Virus record (IMG/VR): IMGVR_UViG_3300037104_000796
Span: 1 to 64,000 of that record
DNA length: 64,000 nt
Strand: one strand, 5' to 3'
From: a virus
Under the pieces are notes generated by a model. The model was given only the letters and a program-made list of their open reading frames with translations. It was not told the DNA's origin and searched no databases. The position numbers and the translations under genes are program-made. Positions 48,614-58,685 of this stretch are shown piece by piece (the first letter of the stretch is position 1; each line of letters starts with the position of its first letter).

Positions 48614-49264
48614 TTACTGTGAGTATATTTCGCCAGTTACATTACATATTCGTAATATAGTTGCTATGTCTGGAATTAATTTTGATCCTGTTATATGTAA
48701 GTCACCTTTAATTTCTTTAGGAAAATGTTCCAATGTGCCAATAGGATTATTTGACATATACAAATCTCCAATTTTTTCAGGCATAAATTCTAATGAATAC
48801 AAACTATTATCATTAATGTACACTTCACCTTCTATTTTTGTAGCTATTCCTTCTAATGATTCTAATCCGCAATTTGATGCAGCATACGCTCCTATTACCT
48901 GTTTTGGCCCGCCTATTAATCCTGAACTTTTAAGAGGATTGCCACTGCAGAAAAATGAACCCTGAACTAATTCAGGTCCACCTTTTAAATTTTCTAAACC
49001 ACAATTATTTACATGAAAACTTCCGTTAATGTGTGCAAATTTAATATACTCGGGAAATTCTTTAATTTGTTGATGCGAAAAAACAACTGAATCATCTCCG
49101 ATAATTCTCTTTTTGGGTGTTATTCTGTATTTATGTTTTGCTACGCCATGTTCACTCATCCATTTATGAATAAGTTCATCCATACCAATACCCATATTTT
49201 TTACAGGATCGCCATCTTCGGTGAACCCTAAATATTCATTTAAAGATTCTCGAACTAATTTCAT
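48614..49264 (-). CDS. Short LRR-like repeat protein with shared leader
   Basis: LxxLxGxPxxVxGxFxCxxN repeats; N-terminal MKLVRESLNE..DPVKNMGIG. Confidence 0.65.
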   Translation of the reverse strand: MKLVRESLNEYLGFTEDGDPVKNMGIGMDELIHKWMSEHGVAKHKYRITPKKRIIGDDSVVFSHQQIKEFPEYIKFAHINGSFHVNNCGLENLKGGPELVQGSFFCSGNPLKSSGLIGGPKQVIGAYAASNCGLESLEGIATKIEGEVYINDNSLYSLEFMPEKIGDLYMSNNPIGTLEHFPKEIKGDLHITGSKLIPDIATILRICNVTGEIYSQ

Positions 49265-49265
49265 A

Positions 49266-50390
49266 TTATGCTATAATCATATAATCAAGTCTTACTGGAA
49301 AAGATTGTGGGTTAAATACATAAAATCCAGATATTAAATTTTCTACTTGTGACGATGCCGGGTCTTCAGCTGATAACCAAATTTGAAGAAGTCCTATTTT
49401 TTCCCATAAATTATATGAATTAACATAATCAAGATAATCTCCAGCACTGAATATTGCCGGATCGCAATTAACTTGTGAGTTTAATCCTACATCAACACTA
49501 CTAGTATGACTAATGAAGAATGATGATGAATCATAGGTTGCTTGAGTTTGAAATACTGAAACATCTAAAGCGTTTCCATTTATTGACGCGTCCCATAAAG
49601 ATACGTCTGTATATGTGGCAAAAGAACGAATAACACTAACATCAACAGGGGTAAAATATGTTAAATTATTCGTAACATGATTTACTTCTACAAATCTTTC
49701 TGAAAGTAAAATTCCATCAGGATAAGTTATTTTTAAAACATATCCTAACATTGCTCCATTTGGATATTTATATGCTGGAAGATCAGATGATGCATCATCT
49801 GGAAGAAGACCACCATAATACATCGTTCCTGTTGAAGGATTTGGAGTATTCCAAGTAGATGCATTAACTCTGGTTATATCGAAATAATATCCAGCTTTGG
49901 TACTTGAAAAGGATAATACACTAGCATCATATGATGCTTCTATATTAATTCCGTTATTGCCAAAAAGAATATTTAATGCTGTATCAAGAGAAACGCCAGC
50001 ATTATAATTTGATGATGCAGCAACGTATGTTGAAACATATCTAAAATTAGTGTAATAATTAATAGACATGTCTACACTCATAAAAGAATTATTATAACTA
50101 CTATCTAACAAAAAGTTTTGGGTTTTAAAACTAATGCCTTTTGTTAAACCAGCTATATATGTTACTTCTCCTGGCTCTAAAATTTTTGTTTGTATTGTCC
50201 ATGCATCGACATTTAACATTATGTCACCAAGATTCATAGCACCTAAAATGGTGTTACCAGAAACAATACCAACTTGATTTCCGGGTAAAAATTTAAAAAC
50301 ATCGTTTCCAGCACCGTTACTGTCAGGACACGGAGGTAAATCAGGAAAAATGTAATCGTTCGAAATATTATTAAAAAGGTCTTGATACAT
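49266..50390 (-). CDS. Probable virion structural protein
   Basis: 374 aa, S/N/T-rich, nine D-x-S motifs like the fibre proteins. Confidence 0.5.
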   Translation of the reverse strand: MYQDLFNNISNDYIFPDLPPCPDSNGAGNDVFKFLPGNQVGIVSGNTILGAMNLGDIMLNVDAWTIQTKILEPGEVTYIAGLTKGISFKTQNFLLDSSYNNSFMSVDMSINYYTNFRYVSTYVAASSNYNAGVSLDTALNILFGNNGINIEASYDASVLSFSSTKAGYYFDITRVNASTWNTPNPSTGTMYYGGLLPDDASSDLPAYKYPNGAMLGYVLKITYPDGILLSERFVEVNHVTNNLTYFTPVDVSVIRSFATYTDVSLWDASINGNALDVSVFQTQATYDSSSFFISHTSSVDVGLNSQVNCDPAIFSAGDYLDYVNSYNLWEKIGLLQIWLSAEDPASSQVENLISGFYVFNPQSFPVRLDYMIIA

Positions 50391-50458
50391 AATTACAGAA
50401 TTATTTTATTTATTTATTCAAGATTTAAAGATGCATATTGCTTTAACTCTTATTTCAT

Positions 50459-50481
50459 AAAAAAAGAGGCCATAGCCTCTT
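50459..50481 (-). terminator. Rho-independent terminator
   Basis: Minus strand AAGAGGC-TATG-GCCTCTT-TTTTT. Confidence 0.75.
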
Positions 50482-50782
50482 AATAATTCACAGATATTGT
50501 ATGATTACCACTATCCCATTCTTCTTCCGCATCAAAAGGATCATCTTCAACTCTTTCAGCATAAGGTTTAAGATCACTCCAATTCATGTTATTCTGAACC
50601 CAATCAAATATTTCAAATTCATCTTCTAACGCGTGATTTATTTCATCCAAATATTCTTGAGAATCTCTTTCATATCCATCAACTTCAGCATAATAATTTG
50701 CTCGTGATTCAGCTATTACAAATGCCGGTACTTCATAAGTTACACCTTTGTGGAATTTTATGATTAATTTTTTTTCTTTCAT
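50480..50782 (-). CDS. Hypothetical acidic protein
   Basis: 100 aa, RANYY...WVQNNMNWSD. Confidence 0.7.
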   Translation of the reverse strand: MKEKKLIIKFHKGVTYEVPAFVIAESRANYYAEVDGYERDSQEYLDEINHALEDEFEIFDWVQNNMNWSDLKPYAERVEDDPFDAEEEWDSGNHTISVNY

Positions 50783-50834
50783 ATTTTATCAAAATTTCTA
50801 TATTCTTTAGGATTTATTGGAATCCCGAATTTAT

Positions 50835-52454
50835 CTATTTTTGGTTCAAGTTTTTTTTTGGAATTGCTTTCGCGTCAATTACTTCAACACCGTCCAAAAT
50901 TACAGAAGCATAATCATCTTTAAGTTCTGGAGGCACCAGGATTGAATCTTGTGGATTCTCATTAACTATATTTAACGGAGTAATAGATTCCTTTTGCTTC
51001 TTTTTATCTATCTTCTCGAGTAACGCTATGACTTCGTCACCCTTAGAGAGTTTGTTGATCTCTTTAAGATTTTTTAACGGTTTTATTTTCTTTTCTTTTA
51101 GCTTTAGAGGATGTACGATTCTTTTTGTTTTTTGCGGAACCTTTACGGCCTCTTTTGGTAGAAGTTCCTGTTCTTTTTTTGGTTCAACCACTTTATTTTT
51201 ATCTTTTGGTGGTCGCCCTCGTTTTTTGATTTCTTTTTTTAAATTCTTATCAACTAACTCAAATTGCGGTAAATTTGCAGACGAAACAGGAGAAGTTTTT
51301 GGAAGTGAAGCAATTGTATCTACGTCAGTTGCTGTTGATTCATTCTCTAATTCTTCTGCATAATCATCAAGAAATTTTTCAATATCTTCAGATGTTTCTT
51401 CTTTACTGGTTGTTTTATCAATTGATTCATTTATTTCTTGAATAGCTTTTTCTGCTGCTGATTCATCATGAATTTCTAATGAATTATTAACATCAGGGGT
51501 TAGTCTTTCAGCCTCGCTATCCATATCATTTATCGCATCTTCTTCGATAGTAGTATTTTTGATATCTGTTTCTTTATCATCAATGATTTCACTCATTTCT
51601 GTACGAGGATTTTTTTCTCCTTTTAAAGATTGAGCAAATTCTTTAGTGGCTTCTTCTTCAGATTGCAAATTAATTTGAAAAGGCTTTTGAAGAACGGGCA
51701 ATCCATTCTCTTTATCAATTGGAGAATTTTTTTCTTTCGATGTTGCATTAGAAACTGTGTTAGCAAGAAGTTCATTTTTTAACGTTTCTAATTGTTCTTC
51801 ACGATCTGGAGCTGTAGATGGTTCTTCGAGAATCCAATCAGTTGGTTTTTCTTCTTTTTTAATGCCATCAACATATTCTTTAGACACACTATTATCGGAA
51901 ATAGGCAAGTTTTCAATAGGATAAGGAATAGATTCTTTTTCTTCTGGCTTTTCTTCTTTAGTCTCATTTTCTTCATTCATGAATTTCATATTCTGAGCAA
52001 CTAAAGCAGTCATACCTAAAGCAACAATAGGAAGTAAAGCACCTGATATCCACGATATAATCATTTGATATATTTCAGGATTTGATGATTGCACACCAAA
52101 TAAAATTGCTTTTTGCCAATATATCCAATCATTACTGCCGCTTTGAGCCATATATTTAAATGATGCATAAACGTTTGCAGTAACTTGTAAAGCAGTTAAA
52201 AGAAACATTAAAGCCCACGGCAAATATTTCCCTTTATTCTTTTCCGACATTAATATTGAAAACAATACTGATGCTTGACCTACTTCGTATGTCAAACCAA
52301 GAAGTACTGCTAAACTCATTGTATTTGCCAAGTGAAAGAATGTAATAGAGTGTAATGTTGATACAAACCCTACACACAAATACAAAAGCGCAAATGTTAT
52401 GATAAGTCCCCAATAGAGACCTCTGTTTGTAATTTTAAACTTTCCTAATTTCAT
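50835..52454 (-). CDS. Membrane protein (about 4 N-terminal TM helices) with long acidic/disordered tail
   Basis: Hydrophobic segments in residues ~13-155, then E/K-rich low-complexity sequence. Confidence 0.7.
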   Translation of the reverse strand: MKLGKFKITNRGLYWGLIITFALLYLCVGFVSTLHSITFFHLANTMSLAVLLGLTYEVGQASVLFSILMSEKNKGKYLPWALMFLLTALQVTANVYASFKYMAQSGSNDWIYWQKAILFGVQSSNPEIYQMIISWISGALLPIVALGMTALVAQNMKFMNEENETKEEKPEEKESIPYPIENLPISDNSVSKEYVDGIKKEEKPTDWILEEPSTAPDREEQLETLKNELLANTVSNATSKEKNSPIDKENGLPVLQKPFQINLQSEEEATKEFAQSLKGEKNPRTEMSEIIDDKETDIKNTTIEEDAINDMDSEAERLTPDVNNSLEIHDESAAEKAIQEINESIDKTTSKEETSEDIEKFLDDYAEELENESTATDVDTIASLPKTSPVSSANLPQFELVDKNLKKEIKKRGRPPKDKNKVVEPKKEQELLPKEAVKVPQKTKRIVHPLKLKEKKIKPLKNLKEINKLSKGDEVIALLEKIDKKKQKESITPLNIVNENPQDSILVPPELKDDYASVILDGVEVIDAKAIPKKNLNQK

Positions 52455-52470
52455 AATATTTATTTTGTGT

Positions 52471-52782
52471 TTAATTTATTTTTTTCCACCCTTTTTCGTC
52501 AGTGTTAGGTGTGCATTCTTTTTCAATTGTAACATTTATATTTGCATAATCACCATATTTAATAGCTACAGCATCTTTAATAAACATTTCAAGATCAATA
52601 CCTTCAAATGGATTTGAATCTCCTAAGCATACAAATATTTCTTCTGTAAGTTTATTGAAATAAACATCACCATATTCTCCATTACAAATAATCGCAATAG
52701 CCTCAGCATATTCTTTTAATTTCCTAATATTAACTTTTTTGGACATAATTTCTTCATTCAAAGATTCTCTAATTAATTTCAT
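52471..52782 (-). CDS. Hypothetical protein with MKLIRESLNE leader
   Basis: 103-aa ORF. Confidence 0.65.
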   Translation of the reverse strand: MKLIRESLNEEIMSKKVNIRKLKEYAEAIAIICNGEYGDVYFNKLTEEIFVCLGDSNPFEGIDLEMFIKDAVAIKYGDYANINVTIEKECTPNTDEKGWKKIN

Positions 52783-52799
52783 TGTTTTATTTTATTTAT

Positions 52800-53357
52800 T
52801 TACCCTGGCCAAGGGCAATTGCCCGGAAGCCCGCATTCAGAACAAGTACAAAGCCCTAAAGTTTTTCCCTGGTCGCCTTTACAAGTTTTGCATGTTGAAG
52901 TTCTGCGAATATAATCTCGTAATTCAACGTAATCTTTTTGAAATTGTTCTGTTTGTCTTTTTTCACCTTTTATTTCAGATTCCAAATGTCCAATGTATGT
53001 TCCATCATCGCATGTGCAATAAACACAAATTTCTTCATCAAATAAAACAAATCCATCTTCATCATACAATACTTTTCCGTTCATAGGTTTATCACATGAT
53101 ACACGATACCAAGCTTTTAAACCTGCACAACGAGGACACACATTATATTTTCGAAAATCAAATTCTTTTCGATCAAGGTCTTCAATTATTGTGAAGTCTT
53201 TTATGTCTTTATTCGCATCTTTAAATACTTTATGTGATCTATAACTGTATAAATATTGGCCATCATTAGTAGTTCCTATAAAATGACCGCCAGCTAGATG
53301 CAAAAAAGATTTTACTACAAATGTATTCATACTATTGGATGATCGTAATTGAAACAA
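52800..53357 (-). CDS. Cys-rich putative Zn-binding protein
   Basis: Multiple CxxC and CxC motifs; start may be the ATG at 53330. Confidence 0.6.
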   Translation of the reverse strand: MFQLRSSNSMNTFVVKSFLHLAGGHFIGTTNDGQYLYSYRSHKVFKDANKDIKDFTIIEDLDRKEFDFRKYNVCPRCAGLKAWYRVSCDKPMNGKVLYDEDGFVLFDEEICVYCTCDDGTYIGHLESEIKGEKRQTEQFQKDYVELRDYIRRTSTCKTCKGDQGKTLGLCTCSECGLPGNCPWPG

Positions 53358-53599
53358 TCTTCATTTGTACAGTAGTATTCAAGATCAGAAAGCCATGACT
53401 TTTTAACAATATTTGCATAGCATTTTGGACAAGCGCTTTCAAGTGTTGCCACTCTTTCAAAATCATTTACTGAAAGATCAGGATTATTTTTATGAAAATC
53501 TTGATCTGAAGAAAAATGATAAAGTTCTCGATTATCAATTCGAGATTTTCCTAAGGCTTTTCCGCCTTTAAGGATTTTATCGGATTTAATGATGTACAT
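53327..53599 (-). CDS. Small Zn-ribbon protein
   Basis: CPKC...YYCTNEDC. Confidence 0.6.
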   Translation of the reverse strand: MYIIKSDKILKGGKALGKSRIDNRELYHFSSDQDFHKNNPDLSVNDFERVATLESACPKCYANIVKKSWLSDLEYYCTNEDCFNYDHPIV

Positions 53600-53600
53600 A

Positions 53601-53753
53601 TTATTTATTATTTTTTAAAAAATTGGCTGAAGGACCTTCAAAAAGGCGCATTATTTCTTCAAATAATTCTTTCTCAGTATTTACATAAGGTTTCATAATT
53701 TCAATCATACCTTCTAATTGTTCAAGAGTAAAACTTATACATCTGACACACAT
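53601..53753 (-). CDS. Small hypothetical protein (50 aa)
   Basis: MCVRCISFTLEQLEGMIEIMKPY...; exactly fills the gap between flanking genes. Confidence 0.4.
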   Translation of the reverse strand: MCVRCISFTLEQLEGMIEIMKPYVNTEKELFEEIMRLFEGPSANFLKNNK

Positions 53754-54088
53754 TATCTTTTCTTTATTGTATCTCTTTCAGCACCACGAACATTAACTGT
53801 TGTGTTTGCGCGTATTTTTTCAGCAACAGATTGTACAGCAGTTGCTCTTTTATCCGCTTCTTCTGCAGTTTTGCTTTGAAGTTTAAGTTCAAATTTAAGT
53901 TTTTCGATGGCAACATTATCTGTAGCTATTTTATTCTGTAATGAATCGATTGTATGAGTGTATTCTTTTTCGCTCATAGAAGTACTCATTCCTCTGGTGC
54001 AGCTTTGTACTGATTTGAATAAAAATAACACAAACAAAATAAGTGCTATCCATTTCATGTTTTTTGCAAAAAATTGTTCTGGTGTCAT
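53753..54088 (-). CDS. Membrane-anchored coiled-coil protein (spanin-like or lipoprotein)
   Basis: WIALILFVLFLF TM segment, QSC, then coiled coil. Confidence 0.5.
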   Translation of the reverse strand: MTPEQFFAKNMKWIALILFVLFLFKSVQSCTRGMSTSMSEKEYTHTIDSLQNKIATDNVAIEKLKFELKLQSKTAEEADKRATAVQSVAEKIRANTTVNVRGAERDTIKKR

Positions 54089-54132
54089 AAATTGAATTAT
54101 TTTTATTATATATTTGCTTATATTATATCAAC

Positions 54133-54161
54133 AAAAAAGACCTAAGTTTTAGGTCTTTTTT
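54133..54161 (-). terminator. Terminator hairpin
   Basis: AAAAAAGACCTAA-gtt-TTAGGTCTTTTTT. Confidence 0.75.
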
Positions 54162-54170
54162 AAGTTTAAT

Positions 54171-54920
54171 TTATTTTACGGTGTAAATCACCCAAAAGTC
54201 ATCGGTTAAAGCAGGTGTGAAATACGAATAAGGAAGATAAAAATATCCTTTGTTACCCCAGTCAGGACCCCATGAGTTTCTTACAATAAACCATTGTTTA
54301 TTATCATCATAACCAGCTGCAGCAACTGCATGCCCTCCAAGAAGTTTTTCTGATAATTTTGGCATTGGAACAATACCGGTTTTTGCAACAGCATCAGATT
54401 CAAAACTTTCATAAACACTAAATCCGAATACAAATGGATATCCTTGAGCTAAAGCATTTTTATACATATTTACTCCTGATAATGCTTCATATTTTGTAAC
54501 AATATCTTTTAATGCTGCGTTATAGCATTTAACTGTAGGTTTCTTTGCAAATTTATCTACATTATAAGGCCAAAGTTTTTCATCACAAACGCCTTGTTTA
54601 ACAACAGTTTTTATGCCATCTCTTATCATTGCCCCAGAATCAGATTTAACTGAATGTTCAATAACTCTTTCGTTATAATAAATAAATAATCTTGAGGGAA
54701 CCCAAACAGGATGTAATTCTTTGATAAAATCATATTCAATAATTCCTGAGATTGCATTTCCTGTACATGATCCTAGTGTTGTTTGATCATAAACAGGAGG
54801 AAATTTTGATGTTAAATCAACTGCTATTGGATTAATTACCGATGTATTAATCGTAAATTTTAAATCGTGAATATCGGGTAACTGGGGTTTCCACCCATAT
54901 TTTCTTTTAATCTCTGCCAT
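54171..54920 (-). CDS. Papain-like C1 cysteine peptidase
   Basis: QTTLGSCTGN (Q/C), GGHAV (H), RNSWG..WG.KGY (N). Confidence 0.92.
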   Translation of the reverse strand: MAEIKRKYGWKPQLPDIHDLKFTINTSVINPIAVDLTSKFPPVYDQTTLGSCTGNAISGIIEYDFIKELHPVWVPSRLFIYYNERVIEHSVKSDSGAMIRDGIKTVVKQGVCDEKLWPYNVDKFAKKPTVKCYNAALKDIVTKYEALSGVNMYKNALAQGYPFVFGFSVYESFESDAVAKTGIVPMPKLSEKLLGGHAVAAAGYDDNKQWFIVRNSWGPDWGNKGYFYLPYSYFTPALTDDFWVIYTVK

Positions 54921-55074
54921 ATTTTTATATTATTTTAGTTTCTATATCTATTCACCAAAACAATATGACATAAAAAAAAGACCCAGTAGATCTTTTTTAA
55001 ATACTCGAAATTAATCGATTGAAGATTGCATAGAACGTGTTTTATCATAAAACAGTTCGAAAGGACTGAATATT

Positions 55075-55716
55075 TTAATCTTTGTTAGGTGTCATTACAA
55101 TTACTTTAGCATCACCTTCTGATTCAACCTCAGGTGTAGTTTGATCAGGTTCTGTTGCCGGAACTTCTTCCTTTTTTGGTTCAAGGTCTGCAAGGAAAAA
55201 TCCTTGTTCTGATGCCGCATATTTTTCTTGAAGATATTGAACTTCTTTAAGTTTTACACGTGCTTCTTCAACTTTGGTGCCAACAATTATTCCAATTTTT
55301 GAATATTGATCAGCAATTTTTTCAAATTCCATAGCCAATTCAAGACCTACACCACCGGGACTGGTCATCATATATGCGCAAAATTCAAGAGCCTGATAAT
55401 CTAAACAAAATGCTGTAGTTTCGTTAGCGGCATTCATTGCTTTTTTAACTTCTTCATCCATTTTTATCATACCCATCCAACCGGTTTTTGTCCAGAATCC
55501 GAATCGTTTCATATAATCCATAAGAAACATACCAACTACATTAGCTGCATAATTTCCTTTATCACTGATTTCCCATTTTGTTTCTTGAAAATCTTTAACT
55601 GCTGCTTCAAATTCTGCTTTAAATTTGGCTATTTCTTCAGGAGTGGGTTTGCTTATTTCTTTAACTTCTTCGACACCGTCTTTAACGATAGTAAGTTTTG
55701 TTTTTTCGTCTGCCAT
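55075..55716 (-). CDS. Hypothetical protein
   Basis: 213-aa helical ORF in an operon. Confidence 0.7.
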   Translation of the reverse strand: MADEKTKLTIVKDGVEEVKEISKPTPEEIAKFKAEFEAAVKDFQETKWEISDKGNYAANVVGMFLMDYMKRFGFWTKTGWMGMIKMDEEVKKAMNAANETTAFCLDYQALEFCAYMMTSPGGVGLELAMEFEKIADQYSKIGIIVGTKVEEARVKLKEVQYLQEKYAASEQGFFLADLEPKKEEVPATEPDQTTPEVESEGDAKVIVMTPNKD

Positions 55717-55730
55717 TACGTTTATTAATT

Positions 55731-56504
55731 TTAATTTTGTATCAAATATTCTTGTTTATTTTTTATATGATATTCACGTACTAAAGTTTTAAATTTTTCT
55801 TTAAAATCTTGTAAACTTGTACCCGAAAGATCAATTTCTTGTAACTGATCATTTTGCTTATCAACACAAAGTATTGAAGCTCGATTTATGATTATATTCT
55901 TTTCTTTATACATTTCATCTAATGCTGCAGCATAGCCACCCAACTGATAAAAATACTTCAATTCTTTTGTACTGCCTTTTTTAATTTTTCCATTTGAAGA
56001 TTTAAAGTCAGTTAATGAAAGACCAAACAATTTGTCTTTGAATAAAATATCTAACTTTCCACGATAAAATAATGAAGCAGAATAAATACCCATTTCTAAC
56101 GCAACTACATCAGAATATTTTGTAGGATAGTCTGAATAATAAAATTTGTAAAAGTATTTTCGTCCTTCTTCTATTTTATCATCGGGGATGTTATCAAGTT
56201 TAAGTGCCTTAGGAGATTCTTCTTGAGTGTATTTAAGTGCTTCTGATACATCTTTACTTTTGGAGTAAGTGGATATAAAATTTTCTATGAATAAGTGCAT
56301 GGATGAACCTCTATTGCCTGCAGCAATCATAATTGCATCTGCTTTTGCTTTACCTACTTGAGCAACGAAAGCATCCCATTCAGGATCGGGAATGCACTCT
56401 GCTAAAATAGTTGATACACTTGGAATTTTTATTTTATACACACATTCAGGAAGACCGTATGAGCCCTTCTGCCATTTTATATTTTCTTTATTAAATTCAA
56501 ACAT
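55731..56504 (-). CDS. PD-(D/E)XK (Cas4/RecB-like) exonuclease
   Basis: PSVSTIL, RGSSMH, E, YRGKLD, DFKSS, QLGGY. Confidence 0.85.
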   Translation of the reverse strand: MFEFNKENIKWQKGSYGLPECVYKIKIPSVSTILAECIPDPEWDAFVAQVGKAKADAIMIAAGNRGSSMHLFIENFISTYSKSKDVSEALKYTQEESPKALKLDNIPDDKIEEGRKYFYKFYYSDYPTKYSDVVALEMGIYSASLFYRGKLDILFKDKLFGLSLTDFKSSNGKIKKGSTKELKYFYQLGGYAAALDEMYKEKNIIINRASILCVDKQNDQLQEIDLSGTSLQDFKEKFKTLVREYHIKNKQEYLIQN

Positions 56505-56570
56505 ATTGTTTATATGAAAAATAAAACAAAAAGTTTTAATGAGTATATAAAATATATAAGTATGTTCATT

Positions 56571-57188
56571 ATGAGAAAATTAAAATATCATAAATTTTAT
56601 TTAATTTATAAAATTACAAATATATTTGATAACAAAAGTTATGTAGGTTTTCATTGCACTGATGATGAAAATGATAAATATTTTGGAAGTGGAAAATTAC
56701 TTAAGTTTGCTATTAAAAAATATGGGAAAGAAAATTTCTATAAATCTATAATAGAATATGTACAACCAGATAATTGGCAAAAAAAAGAAATATTTTGGAT
56801 AAAAGAATTAAAAACTCATATAAGTGAGGGCGGTTATAATTTAACGTATGGGGGTGATGGCATAATTCCAGCCCCAAATACAGGAAAAATTATGTCCGAT
56901 ATTACAAAACAAAAAATCCGCAATTCTTTAAGCTTAATTAATTCAGGAGAAAACAATCCAATGTTTGGAAAGCATCACTCTTGCGAATCTATTCAAAAAA
57001 TTAAAGATAACTTAGATACTAAGGGAGATAAAAATCCGATGTTCGAACATGTATATACTGATGATACTCTTCAACTAATGTCTGAATCACAAAAAAATAG
57101 GACAAAAATTCAATGTCCTATTTGTAAAAAATTCTTCGATCCTGGCAATTTTGGTAAATGGCACGGAAATAAATGTAAGTTACAATAA
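56571..57188 (+). CDS. GIY-YIG homing endonuclease with NUMOD3
   Basis: LIYKITN..KSYVG, YFGSG, GYNLT, NPMFGKHHS; antisense to its neighbours. Confidence 0.85.
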   Translation: MRKLKYHKFYLIYKITNIFDNKSYVGFHCTDDENDKYFGSGKLLKFAIKKYGKENFYKSIIEYVQPDNWQKKEIFWIKELKTHISEGGYNLTYGGDGIIPAPNTGKIMSDITKQKIRNSLSLINSGENNPMFGKHHSCESIQKIKDNLDTKGDKNPMFEHVYTDDTLQLMSESQKNRTKIQCPICKKFFDPGNFGKWHGNKCKLQ

Positions 57189-57461
57189 TTTTTTATTATT
57201 GTCAACTTGTTTAATAAGTAAATTGATAAATTTTTCTAATGACTTATCCGTTGGTTCTTCTGAGCTATATGCTGTTATATCTTTTATTCTTACATTAGAA
57301 AGATTTTCAAGAAATAAATCTTCTTCTCCTACATCTTCAAGAGTTGCGCATGCTATAACATCCTTTGTAGTTTTAAGATCGATAGCATCTTCAGTATTAC
57401 TTAATTCAGGAGTATCTCCTTTAATTATTAAGTTTTTGTCAAAAATTATTGTGTTATTCAT
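57180..57461 (-). CDS. Hypothetical protein
   Basis: 93-aa ORF. Confidence 0.55.
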   Translation of the reverse strand: MNNTIIFDKNLIIKGDTPELSNTEDAIDLKTTKDVIACATLEDVGEEDLFLENLSNVRIKDITAYSSEEPTDKSLEKFINLLIKQVDNNKKLL

Positions 57462-57491
57462 TTTTTAAAGTTTTAAATTATTTTACGTTGT

Positions 57492-58010
57492 TTAAATCAA
57501 ACTGGAAAGCCATGTGATAAGTAGTGTAATCAAATGAAAGTGTATTACTACATAGGCTAAGATTGCAAGGATGATCAAGGATTTGATTATCCATTTAATT
57601 GAAAAAGTTTCGAATCTGAAACGATAAACCATTAAGTAAGATAATGTAGGAAGTCCTTTATCATCTTCAAATTGATTAAATTCGCAGTTTAAACATTCAG
57701 CAAATCCAAGTTCATCATCCAAATATCTGTGTAAAGGATTAAGAGATTCAACTACTTTTGTTTTTTGAACAGCTTCGGGTAATTGAGCATCTACTTCATC
57801 AAGAGATACAATTGTGTAAATATCATAAAGTTTTGTTCGTGATAATTTCCATTGATTGTATTTAGACTTCGGATCTGCTTCCTGTTCTTTTACAACTCGT
57901 TTCCAATCAAAGAAATTTTCAAAATCTCTATAGACTTTAACAATTCCCCAGTTTCTTGGTTTTAGCCAGTTAAACATACTTGTTTTTTTATTCTTCGTCT
58001 TCATTTCCAA
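57492..58010 (-). CDS. Hypothetical protein with C-terminal TM segment
   Basis: 172 aa, hydrophobic C-terminus. Confidence 0.65.
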   Translation of the reverse strand: MEMKTKNKKTSMFNWLKPRNWGIVKVYRDFENFFDWKRVVKEQEADPKSKYNQWKLSRTKLYDIYTIVSLDEVDAQLPEAVQKTKVVESLNPLHRYLDDELGFAECLNCEFNQFEDDKGLPTLSYLMVYRFRFETFSIKWIIKSLIILAILAYVVIHFHLITLLITWLSSLI

Positions 58011-58620
58011 AATAAGAATCCACTAAATCTGGATATTTTTTGTATAAAACTCCGGCTACATCTTTACGTGCTTTACGAAGTCTTGTTTTTACAGTTGAAC
58101 AATTCCAACCCAAATCATTAGCAATAGTTTGAAGTTGTTTTTGATTAATCTCTCTTTCAATCATTACCGTTTTATATGGCTCATCTAATTGATGAATCGC
58201 AGAAATGGATGCGTCAAAAAGCTGTTGCGTAAGTTCTTCACCTGTTGGGCCCATACATTCAGTATTCATACTAAATACTGGGTTGTACATTTGAAGTAAC
58301 TTTGAATGATTATTCATATACTTATCAAAAGATAAGTTTTTGTTTTTGTTTCGTAAAATTCCGAGTGCTTCATTCTTTGCAATAGCATAAACCCAAGTTG
58401 AAAAATTATATTTTGGATTATATTGTTCTATTTTTTCCCAAAGAACTATAAAAGTTTGTGCTACAACTTCTTGTGCTAAATCACCATCTTTTACATATTT
58501 GTATGCAAATGATGTGAGACCCGGTTTTAAACGGCTTAATAAAATTGAAAAAGTTTCGTTGTTTTTGTTTTCTATAAAATTTAATGCAATACTCTGTATA
58601 CTTATAATTTTTTTGCTCAT
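57988..58620 (-). CDS. ECF-type RNA polymerase sigma factor
   Basis: Region 2 AQEVVAQTF..W..FSTWVYAIAKN; region 4 IANDLGW..STVKTRLRKAR. Confidence 0.9.
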   Translation of the reverse strand: MSKKIISIQSIALNFIENKNNETFSILLSRLKPGLTSFAYKYVKDGDLAQEVVAQTFIVLWEKIEQYNPKYNFSTWVYAIAKNEALGILRNKNKNLSFDKYMNNHSKLLQMYNPVFSMNTECMGPTGEELTQQLFDASISAIHQLDEPYKTVMIEREINQKQLQTIANDLGWNCSTVKTRLRKARKDVAGVLYKKYPDLVDSYFGNEDEE

Positions 58621-58685
58621 AAAATTAGGTTAGTTTAGATATGTGTAATCTGTGTGTAAATGTGAATAAAGAAATGACAGACTGA

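Noticed and set aside
55731-56504. Cas4 of a CRISPR-Cas locus
   Set aside because: No Fe-S cysteine set, no other cas genes or array; fits the stand-alone phage exonuclease type.
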